Of a DNA stretch of 64,000 nucleotides, positions 51,811-64,000 are shown one piece after another. Numbering within the stretch: the first letter of the stretch is position 1; each line of letters opens with the position of its first letter. Position numbers and translations under genes: made by a program. A model generated the notes under the pieces. It saw only the letters and a list, made by a program, of their open reading frames with translations, ran no database searches and was not told the DNA's origin. Source of the stretch: Convolutriloba macropyga (lineage: Eukaryota); NCBI RefSeq assembly GCF_964194025.1, contig NC_134468.1, forward strand, positions 18,166,001 through 18,230,000, given 5' to 3'.

Positions 51811-52807
51811 CGTCGGGAAACAAATAATGCATCCAATAAGGTCTACGCTGGACATTAAAAAATCTTGTGGACCAAAAGGAATACCTCCAGTTTTCTATCG
51901 AATTTCTTCTGGATCTAACTGTCTCCTAATAATTTTTCGGAAAAAAGAAAGCGATTGTGAAGAAAACAGGATAAATAGAAAATTACTGCAGTGTTACTAA
52001 AACAAAAAGTACGACAATCGACAAGAATTTAAAAACACGTACTCAGTATTTTTTAGATAGGTCGGGAAAAAGAACTTGGTCAAACCAACATGCGTTTATC
52101 TTTATATACTGCAGCAAACATGGTGTGCTAAATGGAAAACTCCGCTCGAAAATCACTTCTTTTTGCGAACTAGCATTGAGAACAGAGTAAAATAAGCCAG
52201 CCAAATTTTCTACATAATCAGCAGAAAAGGTAGAAACCAGTTAAGAAAATTAAGCTATGCCTTATTAAGTATGCCTTACTTATATAGGCTTCACTAAAAC
52301 AGGCCTCTTCAAGTCTCTAATTTTACTTGTTTTTCTTTACATTTTGTGAAAAAAAACACGATCGGACATGCAAAACCACAAGAGGAATACTAGACGAGAA
52401 ACAGCTAAAAAACGACATTCTGTTAGTTATTAAAAATCTTTTAAAATCCTAGCACTTTCAATGTTTTATCGGCTGAAAAAACTCTTTGCGTTATAAATTA
52501 AATAGAGCAAGACGGAAAGCCTTTATTCGAAAGTAAACTCGAGGGACGGATAAAGGTTCGAAGAGACAAACACGAAAAAACTAAATGAATTTTACAACAA
52601 AAAGACAAAATTATTGAACTGAGTACCAAGATGCGTCGACATTTCAAGATCAACGGATAAAAGAAATCTAATGCTAACAATCATTGGGAATTATGTCCTT
52701 GCAACAGTTGATAAAAAGTGGCGATTGTTCTGCGACTGTATTTTGTGCGTAAACGCGAGAATAAATTTATCACTCAAAATGATTGTGACTTAATTATCCC
52801 TGAAGGC

Positions 52808-52937
52808 NNNNNNNNNNNNNNNNNNNNNNNNNNNNNNNNNNNNNNNNNNNNNNNNNNNNNNNNNNNNNNNNNNNNNNNNNNNNNNNNNNNNNNNNNNNNN
52901 NNNNNNNNNNNNNNNNNNNNNNNNNNNNNNNNNNNNN
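52808..52937. other. Assembly gap (130 N)
   Basis: Run of N. Confidence 1.
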
Positions 52938-53900
52938 CCACTGCATTAGGGTCTCCCTGGTTAGTGCCGTCCCGTCCCATCTTGGGACTGCAAGCAATTG
53001 CCAGCTACAAACTGGTCAGATGTGACTGTGTAAGATTTTTGATCAACACAACTCACAACTCAAAGTAAGGAAATTTAAAACGTATTTTTAAAAAATCAAT
53101 GTCGATTCAGGGAAATAAGGGTAATTTTGTCTGCCATTAGGAGTACTAGTCTGTTTTCGGGAACATCATAGGCAGACCACATTAAATGTATGGCGTATTC
53201 AACCCCGCACTTTTGGCCTAGGTTGAGCTCGCTATTACATCCGAGAAACTTCAGGTCAGTTTATATGCGCTCTATGATCTACTTCCCAAAAAAAGATTTC
53301 TCCAAAGCGCATTAGCCTTACCCCAGAGTATTTTTTCAGTGGTAAGACTCGACAATTATTGTATGCCACCAATGTTTATCTGGAAATTTTTGGTGTAATT
53401 CTCGATAGAATTTTCGATAGCGAGTTCTCTTTAAAGTAAAACGAATTTCCTCTCCATTCCTATGCGTATGTTGGGCCGTAGCTGCCATGGGTTTCATGGC
53501 TGCTTTTTATTTGCAATTGCGTTGATGTTTTTAAATATAGTGTTGTATGCAATGGAATTGAATGCTTGGTGCAACAGAATAGTTTTGATTGGCTTGGGAG
53601 GAAGTTGGGTGTTTTTCATGGAGTAGTTCAAGTACAGTTTTTCAATTGACTGTATTCTGCCTTGAGAGGGTCACTGATGAGAACTCTCCTCTTAAGCACC
53701 TAATAGTCCTTAACCTTCTTTGTTTGCATGAATTCTCAGGTCAACCTGCTTTGCGCTTAAAAGTTTTTACAAATCTTGCATTGCAGGGCTTTGGTTTCAA
53801 GAATAAGATAGTCGAGTTGACTTTTAGACAGCTACTATTGTTGAAGCCACTACCGTTGAAGTCTGCAAAATTTCTTCAAAACTGCTAGGTAGGAAATACT
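52938..53900 (-). mobile_element. Decayed CRE-like non-LTR retrotransposon, N-terminal RT region, running into the gap
   Basis: KTVLELLHEKHP, IFKNINA, LPLKKYSGVRLMRFGEI, LNLGQKCGVEYAIH, ISLNR and GTNQGDPNAV across frameshifts. Confidence 0.78.
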
Positions 53901-54951
53901 AAATAGATTTGATGGCGTTTCGTCCTTGGGAGAGAATTTTTGGGGTACAGTGCGGGTTGTAGTGTGGGTGACTTGAATACGATCTTTCAAATGAGACGTC
54001 GCATAGCAAATAATCTTGTTCTTGTGCCGTCGTGGTTGAGTTTTAGTTGAGTGACTTGGAGGTGGTCATCGGAACCCGGGTGGGCGGTTAATTGCAGAGT
54101 TGAGGTTGATTGAATGTGCGTGGAGCAAAACAAAAGAATGACTCAGTATACCGCTGTTACTTGGCTGCTTCCAGCTTTCACTTCACTGTCTCATCTTTAA
54201 CTTGGTCATATGCACAATTGGACTCATAGCTTGAGGACATTGCGGGGAGGGGAGTAGGGACTTTTAGCAAGGTCAAAAGTTATAGATTAAAAGAATTAAC
54301 ATTCGTGCTGACGATTGATAACCATAATATGAGAATTGAAAGCCATTTTTGCACAAAGAAATTAAATTATAAGTAAAATAAAATCTAAGAGAAAAACAAA
54401 CGGGGAGAATTTAAACAAAACATTCTTCAAAGCCGATTTAAATTTGTTTAGCTTCTTGTTTAATTGAGTTGATTACTAGAGAAAATAGTACTGGCTACAA
54501 CAAAATTTGTTATTTTACATTTAATAATTCCAACAAACACTGCCAGTCATTAATGAATTAATGAAGTCATTAGAGGAACTTCTATCATCAAATATCTATC
54601 ATTTAAAAAAATTTCAGCTTTTGAAAAGGGTATTGCGAATTAATGTTAAAAAAGTCTTTCAAGGTCGCTCCTCCGTATGAGTGAACGTAATACCTTACAA
54701 CTCTGTGATCCAAGTACTTTGTATAGGAGGTTCCTATAACACTTCTCTCAGACCGCCTTATCAAATATGTACCAATATCATCAAGATCTTTCCAGACCTG
54801 AAAATATTGAAAAGCTTATCGCAACTTTTTCTTTAGTTTTCAGTGGCATGCTCCTAATACGATTTACTAATATGTTGACATTCCTCAAAAAATCACTAGG
54901 CACTAGGTTGAAAACTGCAGCAAGAGGAAGTGACAGCTTTCTACTAGGACT

Positions 54952-55943
54952 CTTCAAATGACTCTGATAAGTACGTGAACGCAGCCTCATACAGAAAGTG
55001 CCCAACATTGGCGTCAAAAGATTTCTACTTTAACATCACAAACAATATGCTCAAATCACTGGTCTAGCCCCCAAAGTATCTTTTTTGAGTGACTTCTGCT
55101 CTGTTTTTTTTTAATCAGCAACATCCCTATTTGAATTAATTTTTCTGCATTTTTTATAATTGCTAATTATCTAAATATTTTGGCAATTAGAATTGATGAT
55201 TTCAACCTAAAGACTGATTCCCATCGTATTGGATAACAATTGGATGCTAATGAATCTTGAAACGCAATGAACACATGAACGAAGAAAGTTTTTTGGTGGC
55301 AAGAACTCACTCCTCCGTTTGAATGGCAAAATGTGCAAGATTTAGACAATGAACAAGTCAAAATTGAACTCGACAAAGCACGTAGACTGGACAGTTGCAA
55401 ATGCGAAAAGAGAGTTGTACTTGCTGTGTATAACTTTGCCATGACGGGACGCTGTTACTTTCTGACACTTTACTACAGCATGTACCGCTTTGGGTTGAAC
55501 AGAGGCAATCTAAATGTACACTTCAAAGGACTCTGATAATTACGTCAGTGCAAATTCATACAAAGTGCCCAACATTGGCGTAAACGGATTTCTACTTTAA
55601 TATCACAAAAAAATGCTCAAATCAATGGCCAAGTCCCTCAAGTATCTTTTCTTGAGCCACTACTGCTCTGTTTTTTTATCAACAAAATCCCTAATCGAAT
55701 CAAATTTTTTGCTCTTTATATAATTGCTAATTATCTAGAAATTTTGGCAACTAGAATTGATAATTTTGACCTAACGAGTGATTCCCATCGTATTGGAGAT
55801 TCTTACAAATGTTTTGATGCTGACGAAATTTAGAAAACAATCAAAAAATGAAGAAAGATAGTATTTGGGGCAAAAACTCAACCCTCCGTTTGGATGGAAA
55901 ATTGTGCAAAATATAGACAATGAATAAGAAAAAAATTGAACCG
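54952..55943 (+). repeat. Diverged direct duplication of about 420 bp (54952-55371 and 55521-55943)
   Basis: cttcaaa.gactctgataa...aaagtgcccaacattggcgt...gatttctactttaa...gattcccatcgtattgga occurs twice, offset about 570 bp. Confidence 0.85.
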
Positions 55944-55949
55944 AATGCT

Positions 55950-56720
55950 TTATTTGATATTTGGTTCAACCTTCAGTCAATGAATGTTTAATGATAATCT
56001 GACATCGATTCAACGATACTTCAGCATTGCAAAATTGAATTTGAATGCGGATAAGAGTTAGTATATGATTATTGGGAAACTTAAAATTGTCAGAAATCGT
56101 TTTTTACGACCGCCAGAAGATTGCGACTACACTGAACAGGTAAAAATTTTAGGTTCTCAAATTGATTGTCAACCTACTCTGCGACGACAGGTCAACTTTG
56201 TTTGTTCGAATTCATTTTATTATCTCCGTAAAGTATGATCAAATCGCGATCAAGTTAAAACATCAGTATTAAGCAAGTTAATTAGTGTTTTAGTGCTATC
56301 ACGTGTTGACTACTGTAATTTGCTCTATAATGGTATGCCAAACTTTCGGTTAGCAAAACTACAGCGAATAATGAAAGCTGCCGCGCGTTTGATCTTTCGA
56401 TAGTAATCTTTAACACCAACCTAGTCGTACCTGAAACAGCTGCGCTGGCTGCCCATTAGGCAGCGTATTGTGTTCAAAATTTTATTATATGCCCATCGCT
56501 CTATACATCAGCCTGTCAAACTCCCACTACATTTACCGGAACTAATGAAACGAAACAAAATAGTAACGAGGTCTCAATTTTTTTACAGTTCACTTGTTCC
56601 CAAATTTTCTCTAACATGCTGTCGCTGTTGAGTGGAATAAACTCTCATTTGGTTTGAAACTGAAACCATCTGAATTTTTATTAAGACAAAAACTAAAATC
56701 TTATTCGTTTTAATTTTCCC
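55950..56720 (+). mobile_element. 5'-truncated L2/Crack-like LINE 3' end
   Basis: FYYLRKV...LISVLVLSRVDYCNLLYNGMP...KLQRIMKAAARLIF...LKQLRWLPIRQRIVFKILL. Confidence 0.85.
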
Positions 56721-56759
56721 AAACTGTTGAAATTTCATGGTGCTCATGGAGCTTGTTCC

Positions 56760-57330
56760 AGGGCAGTTCGCCCCAGGTTAGTGTGTTGTGTTTGTAATGT
56801 TATTCGTCAAAATATTGCCTTCTTAAGAGCATACTATTGCATGCCCCTATTTTTCTCAGGTTGTCATTATCAAACCCGTGACAATCTCAAGTTGTATGTT
56901 TGAGCTTGGTCGAGCTCTTCTATTCAAATTATAACTGTTAAGAACCAGCTCCTGTTTTAATTTATTTTCTAAATTGTTTACGTTTTTTATAGTTGACCAT
57001 GTCCGTTCTAAAAACAAAACCTGTTCATGAGATTGCAATGCCAATAGTATGAAAAAACATTGAAGTACAATATTTGGTTTGTGTTGACAATTTTTTGCTT
57101 TTATCTGTGGAGATAACTTTAAAAAAACTGAGAAAGCAAGTTTATAAGATGGATTTCTAATCACCCCGCTTATTTCTCCCATTGTTTTTTCCAATCTTTT
57201 CTTTGATGCTGTTCTTCCATCTCTATAATGAATGTCTTTTTCTGTGCAAGGTTGAAGTAAAAATCCAGTCAAATGCTTATGCTTTTTATTTCGCCACATC
57301 AATTTGACTAAATGAATACTTTGGCTTAGA
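56760..57330 (-). mobile_element. Possible Penelope-like element 3' remnant with terminal repeat
   Basis: KPNIVLQCF and RPSSNIQL resemble decayed GIY-YIG-domain motifs; 56760-56930 is repeated at 61081-61235. Confidence 0.35.
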
Positions 57331-57369
57331 TTGAAGTGTTTTCTGTCTTTTTTAAATAAAGCACTAAAT

Positions 57370-58993
57370 GTAATTTATATCGGGATCATCAAATTTGTTC
57401 ATCAACAAACAAAAATTGTTGTATCAGGAAGGTACAACCGAAGGCAACCCTCTTTCGATGTCGATGTATGGAACTGCAATTATCCCCATAATTGAAATGA
57501 CGATTCCATAGCTGTTCAAAAGTGGTATACGGACAATGGCAACGCTGTCGGTTCTCTTGATAACTTCAAAAAGTTTTTTAACTCATTGAAAAACATGGTT
57601 CTACTTTCGGTTATCATATTTCGAAGTGCCACATCCTTACTAAAGTGCATCTTTTGGAAAAATTCCTGCAGATTTTTGTAAACGACGAAGTGGAAGTAGT
57701 TGACGGTGGTAAAATTTTTGGTAGAGCAATAGGCTCTGATAATGCAGAAAAAAATTCTGGAAAGATCTTTAAAGCAGCAGAAAGTGCTGTTAAAATAAGC
57801 TGGCCCCTCATGCCAATGTTTCAGTTGAAAATGTTTATAAATCGTTCATTTAATCGCATAAATTGACGTTCTTAGTTTGCACAACACCCAATATTGAAGA
57901 CCTTTTAAAAGAATGTGAGATATCAATCAACAATGAGCTATTACCTATTCTATTAAAGGATCCCATCTACAAACAAAAATAAAGGAACATCTTCTCGTTG
58001 CAGATCAGGGAGGCCAGTTTGAACATACTTACACCGGATTACCGCTTCACGGAATTTGAACGATCAGTTCAATTGTCAGGTTCCTTATCTCTATCTTTGC
58101 CCGAAACCGAAAAAAAGCAAAAAAAGGTCATACAAGAAATAAAAAAGGAGAAAGAGCTTGTTATCAAATCAAAGAAGACCTACATAAAGAGCAAAATAAA
58201 AAAGATCGAGATTCGTTTTCTTGACTTAGAGAAAAGGGAGCATCAAGCTAGTTAAACACTATGCCATTGAAGCAATATCACTTTGACCTAACAAAATGCG
58301 TGTTTCATGATGTCATTGTCCTTCGCTATGGCTAGGACCCAGTGAAGATGTCATTACAATGCGTATGCAATGAAAATTGTACTGTTACTCATGTCCTCCA
58401 TTGTCCGAAAGGAGGATACACTCACTAGCATGAACTGAGAAATAATGAACTACGCGATTCAATTGCGAACTTGTTGAGTGATTTCTCCCATGATGTCGAG
58501 ATCGAACCTCTTCTTCAGCCGTTGCAAGGGGGAACCTTTGCCCTTAAATCACGATAACTGATGATGATGTCAGATTAGGTATCAGGGCCCATGGAATTTA
58601 GGAATCAAGTTTCAACAAAACCTATTTTGATGTTAAAATTGTCAACCCGCTAGCAAAAAGCTGCCGTGAACGAAGACTGCAAGCATCATGAATCTATCAA
58701 AAAGAAAAAAAGGAACAAAAAATAACAGGTTGAGAAAGCAACATTCTGTTTGCTTGTCTTCGCATGCACTGGTGGAGCTGGCTCATCAGCTTCAAAAGCG
58801 CTGGAACAAGGGGCATCAAAACTCTCTCCGCAAAAAGAAGACAAGTACTGTTTTCATATCATATCTACGGAATGAGCTTTGCTCTACTGAGGAGTTCCAT
58901 CCTCTGCATTCGCGGGTCAAGGATGCTCAGGTGGCGCAAAGTTGTTGACGTTTCGATGGGAGCTGTGGTTGAAGAGGGGAGGCTGTTTGTTTG
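57370..58993 (+). mobile_element. Decayed CRE-like (RLE-type) non-LTR retrotransposon: RT C-terminus, zinc knuckle and endonuclease
   Basis: EGTTEGNPLSMSMYG, VQKWYTDNG, IFGRAIGS, QCVCNENCTVTHVLHCPKGGYTH, NELRDSIANLL..DVEIEPLLQPLQG and TYFDVKIVNPLAKSC. Confidence 0.85.
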
Positions 58994-59977
58994 ACTCATC
59001 CACTTTAGTCATTAGTTGTTTATTTCTAATGCTGTCTGTCTGTTGTTTTTCTTCCTCAACTGATGTTTATATATTATCAGTTTATTGATTGATTTAATCA
59101 ATACGAAAAACTTTATGAAGAGGTAATGCTGGGAAGGCCCCGGACCAGCCGATTTTTACCCAGTGTTGGGGAGGGCATTTCTTAACTTGAGCTTTTTAAG
59201 CACTTAAAGATACCTTCTTATCTGTTTGACTGAAGTGATCCTCTGAAGCTAGTAATATTTCACTCGTGTCCATAAAAAAGACCAACTTGGCACTGCTTTC
59301 TCACCTTTTGACCTTCCTTCAAATGTTCTGATGCAAAGTTATCCCGCAAATCAAGTTATTTATCCGTTTCATGCAAGAAAAAATTTCCGAGGGAGCTTTA
59401 CCTGGTTTATAGCGGCTTGATTTTCTGTTTCGGTGCTGAACGCCCGACCACTCTTGTAGCATAATTGTTGGATTTTGTCCGGATGTCCACTCTCGAAGCT
59501 TAACAGGCAAAGTGAGTAACTAAATTGCAATTTTGAATCCCTAAAAATTATGTTTGCTGCCTGAGAATCGCTACCGGCGTGTTCTCTGAAGAAGAGACAA
59601 CTACAATGCAAGAGAAAGGAGCTCCAGAAGGGGCGAGGAGGTCTAAATTGAAGATCCTGCAAAACATTATCAAGAAGAGAACAGTTCCAAGATTGGTCTT
59701 TCCTTCAGAGAACAAGAACATCATTTGATGACTTAATCTTTCTTTTTTCTTTTCAAATATGTAAATTAATAATATAACCGAAAGGTTAAAATTTACATGC
59801 CTTCAGGAATATTTATTGAAATAATCAAAGTTATTTAATAACTTTCTGGTTATTAATTGATGTTACCCATTAAGCTTTTCAATCCGCTATATATAAAAAT
59901 AAGACACGAACGATCCTAACTGTCTATCTATTGTTAAATTTTCATGCTGACGTTACAAAAACTCTGTTGAAATTCTT

Positions 59978-60740
59978 CTAAAAAAAAGGTTTTTTCGCCG
60001 TCGCTCTTACGTTAGATGGTAAATTATTCCATTTTTGTATGCTTATCAAAATCAGAGATCTTTTGCTCTGCTGCTTGTACTTTTGCGTTCTTATTATCAG
60101 CTGTTTTGTCCATTTGTTCAGTTTTAACTGCAGCCGGTTTGCACATTTTTTAAATGTTTCTGATACTGTTATCTGACTCAAGTCTGCTTGGAGTTTCAAT
60201 ATCCCAAACTTTGAAATAATTAATTCAGCTGTTAGGACATGCGATTGGAGAAAGATATCACGACAATGATCAACATTACGACGCATATAACACTCTTTTA
60301 TGCCCCAATTAATCTTTCGATTTACACGCTGTATGTTTTTTGCTGACAATTTTTTTAAATAAACTCTGAATGATAAATGAGACAGGAATAAAGATTTGAA
60401 AAATTGCAGCCTTACTTCCAAAGGTATATGGTTTGTCAACAGATATAGTGAGCGAATGTCGGCGGCATCAGATTTTAGATGTGCTGCAAAAGTCATTTTC
60501 GAGTCAAGGTGTATTCCTAGATAACAACAACTCTCAGCAGGTTTTATTAAATAAAGTAGATCTGCTTTATCAGCATTCAAAGTGAGTTGATTTTCCTTTA
60601 AGTAACTGTCCGTCTTCAATAGAAAATTTTCGATTTTTGTTGCAATTGTTTTTTCCGGTTCATATCGACATGGGATACTAATATCGTCTGCAAATTGACT
60701 AAGCTCAAAGTCACTTTTGATTTTTTCTGAAAAGTCGTTA
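59978..60740 (-). mobile_element. 5'-truncated LINE RT C-terminal fragment
   Basis: SQFADDISI, YLKENQLTLNADK, CYLGIHLDSKMTF and IQKWNNLP; same family as 14750-16300. Confidence 0.85.
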
Positions 60741-61080
60741 ACGTGGCTACATTGTTCTAATTTCAATATTAGCAGAAAAAGCTTTTGTAATCAACCAAAA
60801 ATCATCTTTTTTAACATTTTTTTTGTAGATAAACACTTTTTTAAAAAATAAATATCGGATAATGTAAAACTAGTTGCATTTTACTTGATTAAATGAATTT
60901 TAATCAAACTAAGTTGGTAACAATTATTTCAGTCGTGTGATCTCTTTTGAATGTCATTTTTCGCTTGACACATTTTTCGTCCGACCCATTTTACTTTGTT
61001 CTCCGAAACGGGATAAACACGCCCCCATAATGCTATCATCCTTAAGCCCCAGGTGACTCCTACCGAAGCTTATTTGAGAG

Positions 61081-61235
61081 CAGTTCGCCCCAGGTTAGTG
61101 GGTTGTGTTTTTAATGTTAGTCGTGAAAAATTTCACTTCTCAAGCTCAAACTATTGCATGCCCGTAACTTTCTCAGGCCGTCATGAGGATGCCCGTGACG
61201 TCATGAGGGTGCCCGATCGTGCTCTTCTATTCGAG
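61081..61235 (-). repeat. Solo copy of the 56760-56930 terminal repeat
   Basis: cagttcgccccaggttagtg...ctattgcatgccc...ttctcagg...cccgtgac...gctcttctattc shared between the copies. Confidence 0.75.
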
Positions 61236-61713
61236 TTTTTACGCTCTTTATTTTCATAGCCAGCTGATCACAGTAAATCTATTGCATAGCGAATTACCTT
61301 TGTGAAAATACACTTTCTGGAATTCAAGAGCAGAATTGATATTCCACTTGTCTGCAATGACCTGACAAACCAGTATTTTGGTCATCGCAACTATTCTGGT
61401 ACACAATGTGAAATTGTGTCATGACAGTTGTGAAAACTGCAGAGCATAGAAGTTTTTAGTTCCATTTGTATGATTTAAAATCGGCTGTTTTGAAATTGCT
61501 TTCAAGTGACTGCTAGTTATATTAAAAGTATAAACTAAAAATAGAAATATAAATCAGTAAAAATAGAAATATAAATAAAAGATAAATTTTTAAACTAAAA
61601 TGGTGTAAAAATGATTTTTCCCCTTCTTCATTCAAAAACGTACCAAAAGATGCAGGGGTTCTCGTCCATGAAACTTCATGATTTCAGATTGTATTGGATT
61701 TGTTTTATGAGAA

Positions 61714-62956
61714 ATGAAGAGCTCCTTCCGGAGTTTTCTTGGAGTATCGCCGAAGAAATCATTTGATCTAATCGAAAATAACACAGCCGCTGTCGTCGAA
61801 TGTAAGAAAAGTTGCGAAAAGAACTACGAAGCTGTTTTAGCTGTAAATGCCGAGGATGCAAATGGATCGTGTTTTTCAACCGTACCCAATACAAAACTGC
61901 GTCTTAATCCGTGCGTATTTTACAGTAAAGGATCCATTGCTGATAGATCACCAACTAAGAGCCAACATTGTTTCGAAGGTTCTCTTAACTGTGAAAATAC
62001 TGATGATCTCCAATTGAATGCAGCTGACCATCAAGGTTCTTCACGTGCTGTGCATTATGTTGATTATCAGGCAGTCAGAAACAGTCCTCAGGAAGACGTA
62101 CCGAGGGATGCTTTCAACTTGTATGAGACTGCGGGTTATGCCTTCAATGACTTATCTCAGCTTTTAGCAGCTAGCAACTCCATTCGCTTTGACAATTCTG
62201 CTCCACAGATGTTGCAAAAAGATTCTATCTATACCGAAAATATAGCACCAGTGTTTGATAGCACAATGAAAGCTACAGAACGGACACCCTCGTGTCTTTC
62301 TAACAATGTGGTTTTCCAATGGACACCGACAACTGAGAACCTGTTGTCGCAAAACGCTATGCTTTGTTCTGAACCAACAGCCTCTGCAACAATTTCCCAA
62401 GAGACTAATGATCAGAATGCAAACAGTCTGCAGCGTTATCAATCAATAGACGTAAACATATCAGAAGGGAGTACTCATTCGGTCTCCGGAGATTGTCACC
62501 CCATTGTTGCTCACGTGCAGTCACTCACAGAACCTACAGTTTTCAATTCAGTATCAAAAACGATGCGAGAGGAGGAACAGAATCATTTAGCAGACAAAGA
62601 AAAAATGAAATGCAAAAAGATGGCAAAACTAGCGCAGGAACCCAGAGCACTTATTGAAATTGACAGCCTTGTCAACGACGTGAGCGAGCCTATCCGTGAA
62701 TTGACTTCGGACGAAAGAATTTTGTTAAAACAGGAGTTTTATCTGCCTGTCAGCGAGGGAATGGATCCCAATGATCCCATCTGTATAGATAGCGATTCTT
62801 CTTCTGTTGAATATATATTCTCCAAAAGCGCTGAGAACTACCAGTCACAACCTCTGAAAAACTGGGTTCAAGAACAAAAGAAAAATCTTAAGGGTGTGGA
62901 TTCTGACACGGATGATGTAGTTGAAATAGCTCCAAAAAGAAACAGCTACAGTTCAG
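61714..62956 (+). CDS. Large coding exon of an unknown S/E/N/D-rich, probably disordered protein; likely spliced onward
   Basis: 429-codon ORF in AT-rich surroundings with no transposon motifs; candidate acceptor atttcag| at 61687 and donor TCAG|gttggc at 62956 (otherwise stop at 63003). Confidence 0.65.
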
Positions 62957-64000
62957 GTTGGCTTCTTTTTGCTTTCAGAGAAGCACCTATCGTTTTGAAA
63001 TAGGTTGACTGCATATATCTTTCCTTCGAATTACGATACTCATGAAAATGACTCATTTGTGATGTTTCTGATGTCTAATGCAAATGAGAACCATGTTCTC
63101 TACCATGTTTGACAGATGATCGCCTTTTTGACAAAATACTTGGTACATTCAAAATAATGAATAAATATCTATTGAAAATTCAGAGCTTTTAAGTATATTT
63201 TTACCAAGGCTTTGAACGCTTGAAAATCAGATAGGTTTGTTGGAAAACTTCTGGAAACCGAGTTACTTGTGTCAAATAAGCATAGCTAAGATATAGAGCA
63301 AATCTCAAAATCGTTTATAAATAGCTGCAAACGAAAGCTGATGCTATTATTGATCTTTTTGTGGTTGTCTCGAAGCCAGAATAGTTAAAATTGATCGACT
63401 TATTCTAATGGTTCTCAGTTGCATTTTTTGAATCACTCATTCGGCAGCTAATGATTTGCTATGACTTAGTGTTCATTTCCAAAAAAAACAATTGAATTTT
63501 TGTTTTGCTCGTATTTTTTTGATGGCTTGTAGTCAATGTCTGTAGCTTATTAGTCAATGTCTGTAATAAAGTCGCATTGGTTTTCTAATGAGACACAACT
63601 GAAACTGTTTCATGTTTAGTTGATGTCAGTTGAAATTTTATTACTTTGGCACTTGTGTTTTCGTAAAGCTTTAGTGAATTTTTTAATTTTGCTTTTTTAA
63701 ATCGTTTTTTTGTTTGGTCAGTTAGTATCATTAATGAAAAGTCCAATTGATAGCTTAAGATTTTTATGATTTTAATACTTGCGTGTGTAGGTGTGTTGTC
63801 GTAAAGCTTTAGTGAAATTTATGGATTTGGCCATAATGTTTTGTTGTTGTCCATTGTGTCTCATTAAAGGCGGCTCTGTAGTGCGACGCAATTGAGCCTA
63901 TCTGTTTTTTTGAGCTGAGACCAAACGATTTAAATGATTTTGACACTGTGTTTTTCAGTAAACTTTTGTGATATTTCCATTTTTGCAAATTTTGTTCTCT

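Noticed and set aside
52938-58993. The two CRE-like pieces as halves of one inverted element
   Set aside because: Both include the QGDP-type RT motif region and differ in sequence, so they are separate copies.

Overview
AT-rich, repeat-rich eukaryotic (invertebrate animal-like) genomic DNA with spliceosomal introns and one 130-N assembly gap; no prokaryotic features or CRISPR array. Host genes: (1) the 5' part of a HEATR6-like gene on the minus strand, whose exon 1 and upstream region are tandemly duplicated, the proximal copy carrying a nonsense codon and a 52-bp fold-back palindrome; (2) a phase-consistent 3-exon unknown gene (about 242 aa, minus); (3) a single-exon anion-type Cys-loop receptor subunit with atypical ligand-binding loops and extra cysteines (minus); (4) a large plus-strand exon with clustered SIM-like motifs. 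The rest is decayed non-LTR retrotransposons (CR1/L2-like, three CRE-like RLE copies, a possible Penelope-like remnant), MITEs and local duplications. The most interesting signal is a family of at least 8 co-oriented Helentron/DINE-1-like non-autonomous elements (sub-terminal inverted repeats plus terminal hairpins), four of which carry an internal tRNA-derived Pol III-like cassette. All calls were made by eye without database searches.
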